A stretch of 64,000 bases of DNA, taken from the NCBI GenBank assembly GCA_038145245.1, contig JAYQPI010000002.1:10385-74384 (forward strand). The letters are read 5' to 3'. The notes under the pieces are model-generated. The model worked only from the letters and a program-made list of their open reading frames with translations. It made no database searches and had not been told where the DNA came from. Positions within the stretch are counted from its first letter, which is position 1; the number at the start of each line of letters is the position of its first letter. The DNA is from Candidatus Fonsibacter sp. GTDB taxonomy: Bacteria > Pseudomonadota > Alphaproteobacteria > Pelagibacterales > Pelagibacteraceae. Made by a program: the position numbers and the translations under genes. This document shows positions 9,543 to 20,159 of this stretch, in pieces.

Positions 9543-9612
9543 TTAAATAATAGAAAGATTAAAATTTAATATCTTATTTTATTTTTTTTAATTAAATAAT
9601 CATAGGTCTTTA

Positions 9613-10818
9613 TTGATGCAAATAAATAATTGGGATTGGTTAAAACTTATTGCCATAGGCAGAATATTATCTGCACTGACGTTTTTTATGTACGTTGGTT
9701 CCATTCAGCAATTAATTACTGTTTGGGAATTATCTGCAACTGAGGCTGGTTTAATACAAACTTCATTGGTAATTGGGTTTGCTCTTGCTTTATTTATTAG
9801 TTCTTATTGTTCAGACTTTTATAATCCTAATAAAATTCTTTCTATCTATTTAATTATAAATTTTTTATCGAGTTTAATTTTTTATTTAATTGCTAAAGAT
9901 TTTTGGACAGCATTTTTTATTAATTTTTTTATAGGCTTTGCGCAAGGAGGAATTTATGGTCCTTCAATACTCTTAGTATCTGAAAAATTTAAATCAAAAA
10001 ATAAAGGTACTGCAATGGGTGTAATGCTTGGCAGCCAATCCTTTGGTTATGCTTTGTCTTTAACTTTAGGTTACATTATTACGACTAACTATGGTTATAA
10101 AATAAGTTTTTTAACTGCATCATTGATAAGTCTTGCGGGTGCTATTTTTCTTTTAGTCGCTGTATATGAAGATCTTTTAAAAAAATACAAACTATCAAAA
10201 TTAAATAAAAAATTTACTTTAAATCAGAATAGAAAAACAAAATTTTTGATAACCGGATATACCGCTCATGCTATCGAACTATTTGGTCTTTGGTCATGGT
10301 TGCCAGTTTTTTTAACTCTTATCATTACCAATAAAATATCTATCACAACGGTAAGCGTTGGAATTATTATTGGTTTTTCGATTCATTTATCTGGTGTATT
10401 TTCATCTGTGATTGCTGGATATCTTTCTGATAATTTAGGAAGAAAAAAAATTTTAATTTCTTTTTCTTTGATAAGTGCAATTTTATCTTTTTTAATTGGC
10501 TGGACTGCTGAACTAAATTTATTTTTAATTGTTGTTATTTCTATCTTGTATAGTTTTTTTGCAATTGGAGATTCTGGGGTTTTAACAGCTGCCTTAACTG
10601 AAAGTACACCAAAATATTGTGTGGGCAGAACTGTTGCATATCGTTCAATTTTAGGAATTGGATTTGGATCTATAACGCCAGCGATATTTGGATTTATTAT
10701 TGATATTACAAATAATCACCAACCAATTAATATAGAAACAAATTGGATTTTAGCATTTTCTTTTTTAGGCGTTGCTGGACTAATTGCAACTTTTTGTGCT
10801 TCTCAATTTAAATCTTAA
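9613..10818 (+). CDS. MFS transporter
   Basis: About 12 hydrophobic segments; GYLSDNLGRK motif A. Confidence 0.85.
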   Translation: MMQINNWDWLKLIAIGRILSALTFFMYVGSIQQLITVWELSATEAGLIQTSLVIGFALALFISSYCSDFYNPNKILSIYLIINFLSSLIFYLIAKDFWTAFFINFFIGFAQGGIYGPSILLVSEKFKSKNKGTAMGVMLGSQSFGYALSLTLGYIITTNYGYKISFLTASLISLAGAIFLLVAVYEDLLKKYKLSKLNKKFTLNQNRKTKFLITGYTAHAIELFGLWSWLPVFLTLIITNKISITTVSVGIIIGFSIHLSGVFSSVIAGYLSDNLGRKKILISFSLISAILSFLIGWTAELNLFLIVVISILYSFFAIGDSGVLTAALTESTPKYCVGRTVAYRSILGIGFGSITPAIFGFIIDITNNHQPINIETNWILAFSFLGVAGLIATFCASQFKS

Positions 10819-11755
10819 CAAAAACAAACTTGTTAAATAATCCTTGAAATTTTTTATATAAAAAGAGTATTAAAAATATAACTAATAAAGAAAAAATTAC
10901 TCTAAAAAATAATACACCAGAAATATGACCTCCAATAATCATCATCAAAATAGTGTCTTCAATAATTGCATGTACTAAATTTAATAAAGACAATGAAAGT
11001 AAGATACTCTGTTTACTAATTGATCCAGATTTTGCTTCTTTAATTAATAATCCTCCGCCAAACTGCAATCCGATAGTTAAGCCAACAATAATAATGTTTA
11101 TAGCATTAGAACTAATTCCCATTAGTTTTAACGGACTTTTTAGAAGTCTTTTAATTAAATTCTCAATACCAATTTTTTTTAAAAAATTTAAAGAAAAAAC
11201 TAAAATGCAGATTATAAAAAACACATAAATTAAATTTTCAATCTGCCCAAAAATCCATGAATAATAATCGGTTGAAGTAGGACGCTGCTCTAATACTAAA
11301 CTAAATTTTTCCTGCAAGAATCCAAAATAAAAATAAATTCTATATAAGATAAATCCCGCTAAAAAAGCGATACCTATTCTCAAAATAGAAGCATAAAAAA
11401 AAGAAACTCCTGCAGCGCGAGAAATAGAACTTTCTATTAATATATTATGGGCAATTAAAATAACTAAAGTTAAAACCGTAACTTGAGCAACTGTTAAATC
11501 TAATGAAGGAACTATATTAATAAAAAGAATAATTGCTGCATAAACGTTAATAATAATTGCTGTAACCCAAACTATACTTAATTCAGCTGGAAGACCCAAT
11601 ATTTGAATGGCCGGTTCAAAAATATTAGAAATAATTTTAACAATTCCAATTTCTTCTAAGATTTTAATTATAAAAATAAATGGAACTAATATTTTATATA
11701 ATGGAATACAAATATCTTTAATTTCTAAAAGACTATTTTTAAAAAATTTGCTCAA
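10808..11755 (-). CDS. Nucleoside-recognition (Gate) domain membrane protein
   Basis: Hydrophobic; LGLPAE, AHN...E, GGGLLI.E, HAIIEDT motifs. Confidence 0.6.
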   Translation of the reverse strand: MSKFFKNSLLEIKDICIPLYKILVPFIFIIKILEEIGIVKIISNIFEPAIQILGLPAELSIVWVTAIIINVYAAIILFINIVPSLDLTVAQVTVLTLVILIAHNILIESSISRAAGVSFFYASILRIGIAFLAGFILYRIYFYFGFLQEKFSLVLEQRPTSTDYYSWIFGQIENLIYVFFIICILVFSLNFLKKIGIENLIKRLLKSPLKLMGISSNAINIIIVGLTIGLQFGGGLLIKEAKSGSISKQSILLSLSLLNLVHAIIEDTILMMIIGGHISGVLFFRVIFSLLVIFLILFLYKKFQGLFNKFVFVKI

Positions 11756-12468
11756 TTTTTTTTCTTAAAAAATTTTTGTTTTAAAAAGTTTGCTATTAGT
11801 ACCATTATTCCAAGAGCCGTTAGAGGCACAGATACTTTTGGGTCAGAAAGTAAGTCTAAATTAAATGGATGCCCTTCTTCAATTTTTGAACTAACTCCTG
11901 ATACTAAACTTACAGAAATAAATATACCAGGGGCTACACCAAAAATATTTGAAAGAAATATTTTTTTAAGTTTCATATTAAATAATATTGGTATTAAACT
12001 GCCGACCTGCGATGGTATTCCCGGAACCAACCTTAAAAATAACAAATAAGCAAAATCATTTTTTTTAAAATGATTATCTAAGCTTTTATATTTATTTGAA
12101 AAATATTTAAAAACTAAATTTCTGAAATAATAATTTGCAAAGATATACAAACCAGTAGAGCCAAATGCAAACCCCATTAACAATAATAATGATCCTAGGA
12201 CTGAACCAAAAATAAAACCAGCTACAATGACTACTGGAAAACCAAAACCTAGTAAGAAAAACCAAATTGTGCAAAATAAAAAAAATAAAAATGAATAGAA
12301 AAATATATTTTGATCAATATGATTTACGATAATTTTTCGATCGTTTGAGATAAAATCTGAATTTACATAATTATAAAGTTCATAATAAAAAAATAAAAAA
12401 GTTACAAAAGTAACTATTAATAGATAAATAATTCCTAAAATAATTTTAAGCTTTGATAATTGCGTCAT
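11752..12468 (-). CDS. TVP38/TMEM64 (VTT, DedA superfamily) protein
   Basis: AGFIFG...G, FLRLVPGIP. Confidence 0.75.
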   Translation of the reverse strand: MTQLSKLKIILGIIYLLIVTFVTFLFFYYELYNYVNSDFISNDRKIIVNHIDQNIFFYSFLFFLFCTIWFFLLGFGFPVVIVAGFIFGSVLGSLLLLMGFAFGSTGLYIFANYYFRNLVFKYFSNKYKSLDNHFKKNDFAYLLFLRLVPGIPSQVGSLIPILFNMKLKKIFLSNIFGVAPGIFISVSLVSGVSSKIEEGHPFNLDLLSDPKVSVPLTALGIMVLIANFLKQKFFKKKN

Positions 12469-12549
12469 TTTTAAATCGTATTAAATAAAAACTTTTGCTG
12501 TACATGATTTAACAATTTACCTATAAATAGCCAAATTTTAATTATCACA

Positions 12550-12684
12550 ATGAAAAGAACCTATCAGCCAAGTAAAATAGTAAGAAAAAGAAGACATGGT
12601 TTTAGATCGCGTATGGCAACAAAAGGTGGTCGAAAAGTTATTGCTCGAAGAAGATTTAAGGGAAGAAAATCTGTATCTGCCTAA
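12550..12684 (+). CDS. rpmH: 50S ribosomal protein L34 (not in ORF track)
   Basis: [44 protein letters not shown], 44 aa, upstream of rnpA. Confidence 0.97.
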   Translation: MKRTYQPSKIVRKRRHGFRSRMATKGGRKVIARRRFKGRKSVSA

Positions 12685-12687
12685 GTC

Positions 12688-13041
12688 ATGCTTAAGACTC
12701 TAAAATTTGAAAGTCTTAGAGGCAATCTTGAGTTTAAAAAAATTTTATCAGCAAAAAAATTAAATTCAGACTTATTCACAATCTATTACACTAACAAAGA
12801 TACTATTTTTGAAAAAAATAAAATTCATATAAGTTTTGTGTCAGCTAAAAAGCTCGGAAATGCAGTAAAAAGAAATAAAATTAGAAGAAGATTAAAAATG
12901 GCTGCACGTAAAGCGATTACTGAGATTGATTCATTTAACAATAAATATAAGTATGCTGTTTTTGCAAAATCAAAAATATATGATGTTGATTTTAATAAAA
13001 TTGTACAAGAACTTGGATATAAATTTAGTTTATTAAAATAA
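12688..13041 (+). CDS. rnpA: RNase P protein component
   Basis: KKLGNAVKRNKIRRRLK RNR motif; rpmH-rnpA-yidD-yidC order. Confidence 0.92.
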   Translation: MLKTLKFESLRGNLEFKKILSAKKLNSDLFTIYYTNKDTIFEKNKIHISFVSAKKLGNAVKRNKIRRRLKMAARKAITEIDSFNNKYKYAVFAKSKIYDVDFNKIVQELGYKFSLLK

Positions 13042-13301
13042 TGATAAAAAAATTAGATAATTATTTTTCGTTAATTGTTATAAGATTTATTAAACTTTAT
13101 AAATTTCTGTTATCTCCTTTTTTTAATAATGCTTGTCATTATGATCCGACTTGCTCCGAATATTTTATACAAAGTTTAAGGGAGTTTGGTTTTATTAAAG
13201 GATGTTTCAAAGGAACTCTTAGAATCCTAAGATGCCACCCTATTAAATTCTTAGGCGGAGGATTTGGTTATGATCCCGTTGTAAATAAGAAGAATAAATA
13301 A
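13041..13301 (+). CDS. yidD: Membrane protein insertion efficiency factor YidD
   Basis: LSP...C.YDPTCSEY...RILRCHP...GYDPV. Confidence 0.93.
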   Translation: MIKKLDNYFSLIVIRFIKLYKFLLSPFFNNACHYDPTCSEYFIQSLREFGFIKGCFKGTLRILRCHPIKFLGGGFGYDPVVNKKNK

Positions 13302-14995
13302 TGGAAAATAAAAACGTTATCTTAGCTGTGTTGTTATCCACTATAATCTTAGTTGGATGGTCTGTGTTTGTTGAAAACCCAGACCAAATTCAAAAAAAGA
13401 AACTTGAAATTCAAGGAAAAACTGAAGTTCAAACAAATATTCAAAAACCTGAAACTCCACAATCTACAAAAATAAATCCAACTAAAAGTATTTCAAGAAA
13501 TGATTCTCTGAAAGAAGGAGAGAGAGTCTTTATTGAAAATAGTAATTTATCAGGATCTATTTCTTTAAGAGGAGCTCTGATAGATGATATAATATTAAAA
13601 AACTACCGAGAGACCTTAGATAAAAATAGCAAACCGATTATTCTTCTTAGTCCAAAAAAAACTGAAAATGGTTATTTTGTAGAGTCGGGTTGGGCAACAG
13701 CAAAAGCTGATATTAAAGTGCCTGATAACAATAGTATTTGGCAAGTAAAAGAAGGTAAAAAATTAACTCCTAATTCTCCTATAACTCTAGAGTGGAATAA
13801 TAGAGAAGGAGTCATTTTTGTTAAAAAAATCGAAGTCGATGATAAGTATTTATTTAAAATTACTGAAACAATTAAAAATGAAAAAAACAAACCTGCCGAG
13901 TTATTTCATTACTCACAGATTACCAGAAATACAAAACCTGAAACAGCTGATTTTTATATTCTTCATGAAGGTTTAATTGGTGTTGCAGATAAAAATCTAA
14001 AAGAAGAAACTTACGCTAATGTAGAAAAAGAAAAAAAGATTTATACTGGAAAAAGCGGTTGGTTTGGCATTACTGACAAATACTGGATGGCTGCAATTAT
14101 TCCTGAGAATGGAAAATCTTTTAAAGGAGAATATTCTTTTGCAAATTCTTATAAAGCAAATTTTATAATATCTGAGCCAACTTTAGTAAACGCACAAAAA
14201 AGTGCCTCAAGTAGTCTTAAAATATTTCTTGGAGCAAAAGAGGTTTTTGTAGTTGATGGCTATGCTGAAAAAGAAAAAATTGATCGTTTTGATTTAGCAA
14301 TTGATTGGGGTTGGTTTTATTTTATTACAAAACCACTTTTTTTTATAATTGATTATATATTTAAATTAACTGGAAACTTTGGAGTCGCAATTATTATTCT
14401 TACTATTATTGTAAGAATTGTGTTTTTTCCACTTGCTAATTATTCTTTTAAATCAATGGCGAAGATGAAGGTTCTTCAACCAGAAATGTTAAGGATAAAA
14501 GAACTTTATAAAGATGATGTAAAAAGAACACAACAAGAGATGATGGCTCTATACAAAAGAGAAAAAGTAAATCCTTTGTCAGGATGTCTTCCAATATTAA
14601 TTCAAATTCCTATCTTCTTCGCAGTTTATAAAATGCTTTTTATAACACTTGAAATGCGTCATGCTCCTTTTTTTGGATGGATTAAAGATTTATCAGCTGC
14701 AGATCCAACGACAATTTTTAATTTATTTGGTTTAATTCCATGGAATCCTCCTTCATTCTTAATGATAGGTGTTTGGCCAATATTAATGGGTGTAACCATG
14801 TATTTTCAACAAAAACTAAATCCGACTCCTCCTGATCCAATACAAGCTAAAATTTTTGCATTCTTCCCTTTACTTTTGACTATTATGTTAGCGACCTTCC
14901 CTTCAGGTTTGGTTGTATATTGGACAGTAAGTAACGTTCTTACAATGGCTCAACAGTACTATATTATGAAAAAAACTACGGTGAAAACGGTTTGA
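13301..14995 (+). CDS. yidC: Membrane protein insertase YidC
   Basis: IDWGWFYFITKP, GNFGVAII, GCLPILIQIPIFF, GLVVYW. Confidence 0.96.
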   Translation: MENKNVILAVLLSTIILVGWSVFVENPDQIQKKKLEIQGKTEVQTNIQKPETPQSTKINPTKSISRNDSLKEGERVFIENSNLSGSISLRGALIDDIILKNYRETLDKNSKPIILLSPKKTENGYFVESGWATAKADIKVPDNNSIWQVKEGKKLTPNSPITLEWNNREGVIFVKKIEVDDKYLFKITETIKNEKNKPAELFHYSQITRNTKPETADFYILHEGLIGVADKNLKEETYANVEKEKKIYTGKSGWFGITDKYWMAAIIPENGKSFKGEYSFANSYKANFIISEPTLVNAQKSASSSLKIFLGAKEVFVVDGYAEKEKIDRFDLAIDWGWFYFITKPLFFIIDYIFKLTGNFGVAIIILTIIVRIVFFPLANYSFKSMAKMKVLQPEMLRIKELYKDDVKRTQQEMMALYKREKVNPLSGCLPILIQIPIFFAVYKMLFITLEMRHAPFFGWIKDLSAADPTTIFNLFGLIPWNPPSFLMIGVWPILMGVTMYFQQKLNPTPPDPIQAKIFAFFPLLLTIMLATFPSGLVVYWTVSNVLTMAQQYYIMKKTTVKTV

Positions 14996-15849
14996 TGGAT
15001 ATTAAGTCTTTTTGGCCAGAACTTGGTCCATCAATTCAAGAGGCGTCCGTTTACTTCGAAAAATACAAAAATAAAAAAATAATTCTTAAATACGGCGGTC
15101 AGGTAATGTCTGATCAAAGTTTATCGAAAGCATTTGCACAAGATGCAGCAATTCTAAGAAAATTAGATGTCGACGTTGCAGTTATTCATGGTGGTGGACC
15201 TCAAATTAAAACAAAATTAGAGGCTCAAAACTTAGAAAGTAAATTTATTTCAGGGTTAAGAGTTACTGATGAAAATGTAATAAAAGTTGTAGAAGACGTT
15301 TTATTAAATGAAATAAACCCAGATCTAAGAGATGCAATTATAAATTACGGAGCAAAAGCAGAATCGGTTACTGTTAGAAAAAATAATATAATTTATATTG
15401 ATAAAGCTGTAGATGAAAAATTAGGATTTGTAGGTGATCCAAAAAAAATTGACACAAAGATTATAAATAATTTTTTTAAACAAAAAATTATTCCTGTTAT
15501 TGCACCTATGGGAATGGATAACAAAAACCAAGTCTATAACGTAAATGCGGATACAGCAGCAGGAACTATTGCAAACCAATTAAAAGCTGAAAGACTACTG
15601 CTAATGACAGATGTTCCAGGAGTAAATGATAAAAATGGTAATTTAATATCTCAATTATCTACTAAGCAAGCTTTGAATCTTATTGATGATGGTACGATTA
15701 CTGGCGGAATGATTCCTAAAATCAAAACCTGTATTAGTGCAATTGAATCAGGAGTAAATGGAGTAGTTATAATTGATGGAAGAAAATCTCATGCCGTTCT
15801 TTTTGAATTATTCTCAAATATTGGAGCTGGAACACTAATCATAAAATAA
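14995..15849 (+). CDS. argB: Acetylglutamate kinase
   Basis: LKYGG, HGGGPQI, GLRVTD, YNVNADTAA, GGMIPK. Confidence 0.95.
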   Translation: MDIKSFWPELGPSIQEASVYFEKYKNKKIILKYGGQVMSDQSLSKAFAQDAAILRKLDVDVAVIHGGGPQIKTKLEAQNLESKFISGLRVTDENVIKVVEDVLLNEINPDLRDAIINYGAKAESVTVRKNNIIYIDKAVDEKLGFVGDPKKIDTKIINNFFKQKIIPVIAPMGMDNKNQVYNVNADTAAGTIANQLKAERLLLMTDVPGVNDKNGNLISQLSTKQALNLIDDGTITGGMIPKIKTCISAIESGVNGVVIIDGRKSHAVLFELFSNIGAGTLIIK

Positions 15850-16517
15850 TGAATGAAATTAAAAACGTAAAATTTTGGATTTTTGATTTAGACAATACAC
15901 TATACCCTTCCTCTACAAACTTATTTTCTAAAATTGATAAACTAATGGCAAGTTTTATCACCCAACATTTAAATGTTAATCATCAAGAGGCTATTCAAAT
16001 AAAAAATGATTATTTCCAAAAACATGGAACTACTTTGAATGGACTTATTAAACATCATAATATTGATCCACATCACTTTTTAGAATTTGTACATAATATT
16101 GATTATAGTTTTTTAAATAAAAATGAAAAACTAAATAGAGAAATAAAAAATCTACCTGGAAAAAAAATTATATTTACAAATGGCTCAAGAAAACATGCAA
16201 AAAATGTTGTTAGCAACTTACAACTTGATGAAAATCTTTTTTCAATATTTGATATTGTTGACTCAGATTTTATTCCAAAACCGGAAAGATCTCCCTATGA
16301 AAGACTTATTAAAAAATATAACATTGTGCCAGAAGAAAGTATTTTTTTTGAGGACATCGCGCGTAATTTAAAGCCAGCTCATGAACTTGGCATGAAAACA
16401 GGATGGATAATAAATGAAGATAATTGGGCAAAAGAAGGACATGATGAGGATCATATACACTTTAAAATAAAAGAATTAGATCATTTTCTTGAACAGTGTA
16501 ATTTGTTAATTAAATAG
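15849..16517 (+). CDS. Pyrimidine 5'-nucleotidase (HAD family)
   Basis: [26 protein letters not shown]. Confidence 0.88.
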   Translation: MNEIKNVKFWIFDLDNTLYPSSTNLFSKIDKLMASFITQHLNVNHQEAIQIKNDYFQKHGTTLNGLIKHHNIDPHHFLEFVHNIDYSFLNKNEKLNREIKNLPGKKIIFTNGSRKHAKNVVSNLQLDENLFSIFDIVDSDFIPKPERSPYERLIKKYNIVPEESIFFEDIARNLKPAHELGMKTGWIINEDNWAKEGHDEDHIHFKIKELDHFLEQCNLLIK

Positions 16518-16519
16518 AC

Positions 16520-17335
16520 ATGAGTATTGAAAATATTATTTTAAAAGCCTGGGAAGATAGAAGCAGAATAGATAAAAATACTGATAAATCAATTATTTCT
16601 GCAATAAACGAAACTTTAGAAAAACTTGATTCAGGAATTATTCGAGTATGCGAAAAAAAAAATAATGAATGGCATACCCATCAATGGATAAAAAAAGCAA
16701 TTCTTTTAAGTTTCAAAATTCAAGATAATAAAATTTTGTCAGGTCCCTATACAAGTTGGTTCGACAAAGTAGATGGCAAAACAACTCATTGGGACGAAAA
16801 AAAACATCTTGATGCTGGATTTAGAGCAGTGCCTAATGGGGTTATAAGAAAATCTGCATATATTGGAAAAAATGTTGTGTTAATGCCTTCATTTATAAAT
16901 GTAGGTGCATATGTTGATGATGGTACAATGATTGACACCTGGTCAACTGTGGGTTCATGCGCACAAATTGGAAAAAATTGTCATATCTCTGGAGGAGTTG
17001 GAATCGGTGGAGTATTAGAACCTCTTCAAGCAAATCCAGTGATTATTGAAGACAATTGTTTTATTGGCGCAAGATCAGAAGTAGCCGAAGGAGTTATTGT
17101 TGGAGAAGGTTCAGTAATTTCAATGGGAGTTTATCTTGGAGCCTCAACAAAAATTATAGATAGAAAAACAAACAAAACTATTTACGGAAAAGTTCCTCCT
17201 TATTCAGTTGTAGTTTCAGGATCACTTGCAAATGAAGACAAAAATAAGCCAAGTCTATATTGCGCAGTAATTGTAAAAACAGTTGATGAAAAAACCAGAA
17301 GCAAAACTTCAATAAACGATCTACTGAGAGATTGA
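16520..17335 (+). CDS. dapD: Tetrahydrodipicolinate N-succinyltransferase
   Basis: [39 protein letters not shown]. Confidence 0.96.
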   Translation: MSIENIILKAWEDRSRIDKNTDKSIISAINETLEKLDSGIIRVCEKKNNEWHTHQWIKKAILLSFKIQDNKILSGPYTSWFDKVDGKTTHWDEKKHLDAGFRAVPNGVIRKSAYIGKNVVLMPSFINVGAYVDDGTMIDTWSTVGSCAQIGKNCHISGGVGIGGVLEPLQANPVIIEDNCFIGARSEVAEGVIVGEGSVISMGVYLGASTKIIDRKTNKTIYGKVPPYSVVVSGSLANEDKNKPSLYCAVIVKTVDEKTRSKTSINDLLRD

Positions 17336-17336
17336 T

Positions 17337-18497
17337 ATGCTAAAGACTATCAATGAAGTTTCTTTAGCAAGAGATCTTGTTAAATGTCAGAGTGTTACGC
17401 CCAAAGACGATGGTGCAATTAATATAGTTGCAAAAAATCTAAAAAAAATAGGTTTTAAATGTCAAGTCATGGAGTTTCAAGAAAAAGGTACTGCAAAAAT
17501 TAAAAACTTATATGCAAGAATTGGAAAAAGTTCTCCTAATTTTTGTTTTGCTGGACATACAGATGTTGTTCCAGTTGGAGACCTAAAGTCATGGACTGTT
17601 AATCCTTTTGGCGGAGTTATTAAAAATCAAAAATTAATCGGCCGGGGCATTAGCGATATGAAAGGCGCTATTGCTTGTTTTATAGCTGCTGTTAGCGAGT
17701 TTCTGAAAAAAAATAAGAAACTCAAAGGGTCTATAAGTTTACTTATAACAGGCGATGAAGAAACCGTTGCAATTAATGGAACAAAAAAAGTTATAGAAAA
17801 ATTAATACAAAAAAAAGAAAAAATTAATTTTTGTATAGTTGGAGAACCTACAAATGAAAATAAATTAGGTGAAATGATTAAGATTGGCAGAAGAGGAAGT
17901 ATGACGGGCTATTTAACAATTATAGGCACACAAGGACATGTTGCCTATCCTCACGCTTCTAATAATCCTTCTACAATTATAATTGAAGTTTTAAATAAAA
18001 TTAAAAAATTAAAATTAGATAGAGGCAATAAAGATTTTGAACCTTCAAATCTTGAGATTACAAAAATTACCATTGATAACACTGCCGATAATGTCATACC
18101 TGCGGAAGCAAAGGCTTCGTTCAATATAAGATTTAATAATTTACACACATCAAACTCTCTTAAAAATAAATTAAATAAAATTTTTTCTTCTACCACTAAA
18201 AAATCTAATGCAAGCTATAAAATTAAGTATCATGTTTCAGGAGAATCTTTTTTAACAAAACCTAACAAAACTGTTTTCATGATTAAAAATATTATAAAAA
18301 AAAATACAAAAATTAATCCTATTCTATCAACATCTGGTGGAACTTCTGATGCTCGTTTTATAAAAAAAATTACTCCTTGTATTGAATTTGGTTTAATTGC
18401 GAAAACTATTCATCAAGTAGATGAAATGGCCAGAGTGGCTGATTTAAAAAAATTAAAAAACATATATTTAGATATTCTTGTTAATTACTTTAAGTGA
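17337..18497 (+). CDS. dapE: Succinyl-diaminopimelate desuccinylase
   Basis: FAGHTDVVP, DMKG, TGDEE, GRRGS, GHVAYP, SGGTSDARF. Confidence 0.95.
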   Translation: MLKTINEVSLARDLVKCQSVTPKDDGAINIVAKNLKKIGFKCQVMEFQEKGTAKIKNLYARIGKSSPNFCFAGHTDVVPVGDLKSWTVNPFGGVIKNQKLIGRGISDMKGAIACFIAAVSEFLKKNKKLKGSISLLITGDEETVAINGTKKVIEKLIQKKEKINFCIVGEPTNENKLGEMIKIGRRGSMTGYLTIIGTQGHVAYPHASNNPSTIIIEVLNKIKKLKLDRGNKDFEPSNLEITKITIDNTADNVIPAEAKASFNIRFNNLHTSNSLKNKLNKIFSSTTKKSNASYKIKYHVSGESFLTKPNKTVFMIKNIIKKNTKINPILSTSGGTSDARFIKKITPCIEFGLIAKTIHQVDEMARVADLKKLKNIYLDILVNYFK

Positions 18498-19420
18498 CAA
18501 CCTGTATATTTACCTCTGATTCTTCCGTTAAACATGACACTGGTCTTGGTCATCCAGAATGTCCTGAGCGAATTCCATCAATCATTAGTGGTTTAAAAAA
18601 AATACAATCTAAAAATTTGATATGGAAAAAAGTAGGGTCGTTTGATGAAAAATATATTAAACTTACTCATTCACAGAAATATTTTGAAAAAATTAATCAA
18701 TCATTTCCAAAGGATGGGTTAGTTTTTCTTGATGGAGACACGATTGTTTCTTCGGGCACTAAAAAAGCAGCTTACGACTCAGTTTCATCAATCATTAATG
18801 CTATAGATGGGGTGATTACTAAAGAGTTTAGTAATGCTTTTTGTGTTATTAGACCTCCTGGACACCATGCTGAAAAGGAACAGGCTATGGGATTTTGTAT
18901 ATTTAATAACGTTGCTGTTGGAGCAACTTATTTATTAGAAAAATATAAATTAAATCGAGTAGCAATCGTTGATTTTGATGTTCATCATGGGAATGGAACG
19001 CAGGATATATTTTATAATGAAAAGAGAATTTTATATATTTCTTCCCATCAGTTTCCATTTTATCCAGGCACAGGCTCTGAGGATGAGACTGGAAAATACA
19101 ATAATATTTTAAATATTCCTCTGCAAGCAGGGGTAAGCTCTAAAGAATTTTTTAATAGCTATAAAAAAGTTTATGAAAAATTAAATGAATTTAAACCTGA
19201 ATTTTTATTATTATCAGCAGGTTTTGATGCTCATAAAAATGATCCTTTAGCTAATATTAATTTAGAATCTAAAGACTATTATTTTTTAACCAAAGAACTC
19301 ATGAAAGTTGCAAAACAGTCTTGTGAAAATAAAATAGTTTCAATTTTAGAAGGTGGCTACAATCTTACTGCTATTCAAGAAAGTGCCAAGTATCACGTTG
19401 AAGCTTTATTAGAAGTTTAA
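18494..19420 (+). CDS. Histone deacetylase family protein
   Basis: HPECPER, RPPGHHA, GFCIFNN, DFDVHHGNGTQ, LEGGY. Confidence 0.93.
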   Translation: MTTCIFTSDSSVKHDTGLGHPECPERIPSIISGLKKIQSKNLIWKKVGSFDEKYIKLTHSQKYFEKINQSFPKDGLVFLDGDTIVSSGTKKAAYDSVSSIINAIDGVITKEFSNAFCVIRPPGHHAEKEQAMGFCIFNNVAVGATYLLEKYKLNRVAIVDFDVHHGNGTQDIFYNEKRILYISSHQFPFYPGTGSEDETGKYNNILNIPLQAGVSSKEFFNSYKKVYEKLNEFKPEFLLLSAGFDAHKNDPLANINLESKDYYFLTKELMKVAKQSCENKIVSILEGGYNLTAIQESAKYHVEALLEV

Positions 19421-19421
19421 A

Positions 19422-20159
19422 TTAATAAATAATACTCTCTAAATATAATCCTGCAGCAGGCGCTGGGGGTGCGCATTTAGAACGATCTTTGGAATTTAAC
19501 GCATCTAACAAATCATCTTTTATCCATTTATTTTCACCCACAAGCTTTATACATCCCATAATAGATCGAACTTGATGTTGTAAAAAAGACTGCGATTCAA
19601 AATAACTATAAATATAATCATCTTTTCTAAAAATATTTATTTTTTCCATAGTTTTTATTGGAGATTTAGCTCCGCACGAAGCTGATCTAAAAGTTGTAAA
19701 ATCGTGAGTGCCTAATAAAATTTGTGCAGCTTCGTTCATTTTTATTTCATCAAGTTTTATTTTTAATTGCCAAGCTCTATCTTTTTCTATGGATAAAGGT
19801 GAAGTTCGATTAATAATTACATATTTGTAAACCCTTAACTTTGCATCTCGTCTTGCATCAAAATCGTCTGCTGTTAATTCTGTTTTTAAAATACTTATAG
19901 ATTCATTTTTTAAATAAAAATTTAGAGCCTCTGTAATTTTTTTAGCATCAATATTTTTATTAAAGTCAAAATGAAAGACTTGATGAACAGCATGAACTCC
20001 TGTGTCAGTTCTTCCAGCTCCAAAAATTGTTATTTTCTTTTCAGCTATCTTCTCTATTGCTTGCTCAATCGCTTCTTGGATTGATCTGCCATTCAATTGT
20101 CTTTGCCAACCTACAAAATGAGTGCCATCATACTCAACTATACATTTTAATCTTGGCAT
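19422..20159 (-). CDS. truA: tRNA pseudouridine(38-40) synthase
   Basis: EYDGT.F.GWQRQ, GAGRTDTGVHA, HDFTTFR, GLYL. Confidence 0.96.
   Translation of the reverse strand: MPRLKCIVEYDGTHFVGWQRQLNGRSIQEAIEQAIEKIAEKKITIFGAGRTDTGVHAVHQVFHFDFNKNIDAKKITEALNFYLKNESISILKTELTADDFDARRDAKLRVYKYVIINRTSPLSIEKDRAWQLKIKLDEIKMNEAAQILLGTHDFTTFRSASCGAKSPIKTMEKINIFRKDDYIYSYFESQSFLQHQVRSIMGCIKLVGENKWIKDDLLDALNSKDRSKCAPPAPAAGLYLESIIY

Noticed and set aside
9407-9612. tRNA genes as active integration sites
   Set aside because: No integrase and no duplicated tRNA 3' end seen by eye for any of the three tRNAs.
18494-19420. Histone deacetylase family gene as partner of the Lys-rich small protein
   Set aside because: Common bacterial family within the dap operon, 14 kb away; no evidence of a link.
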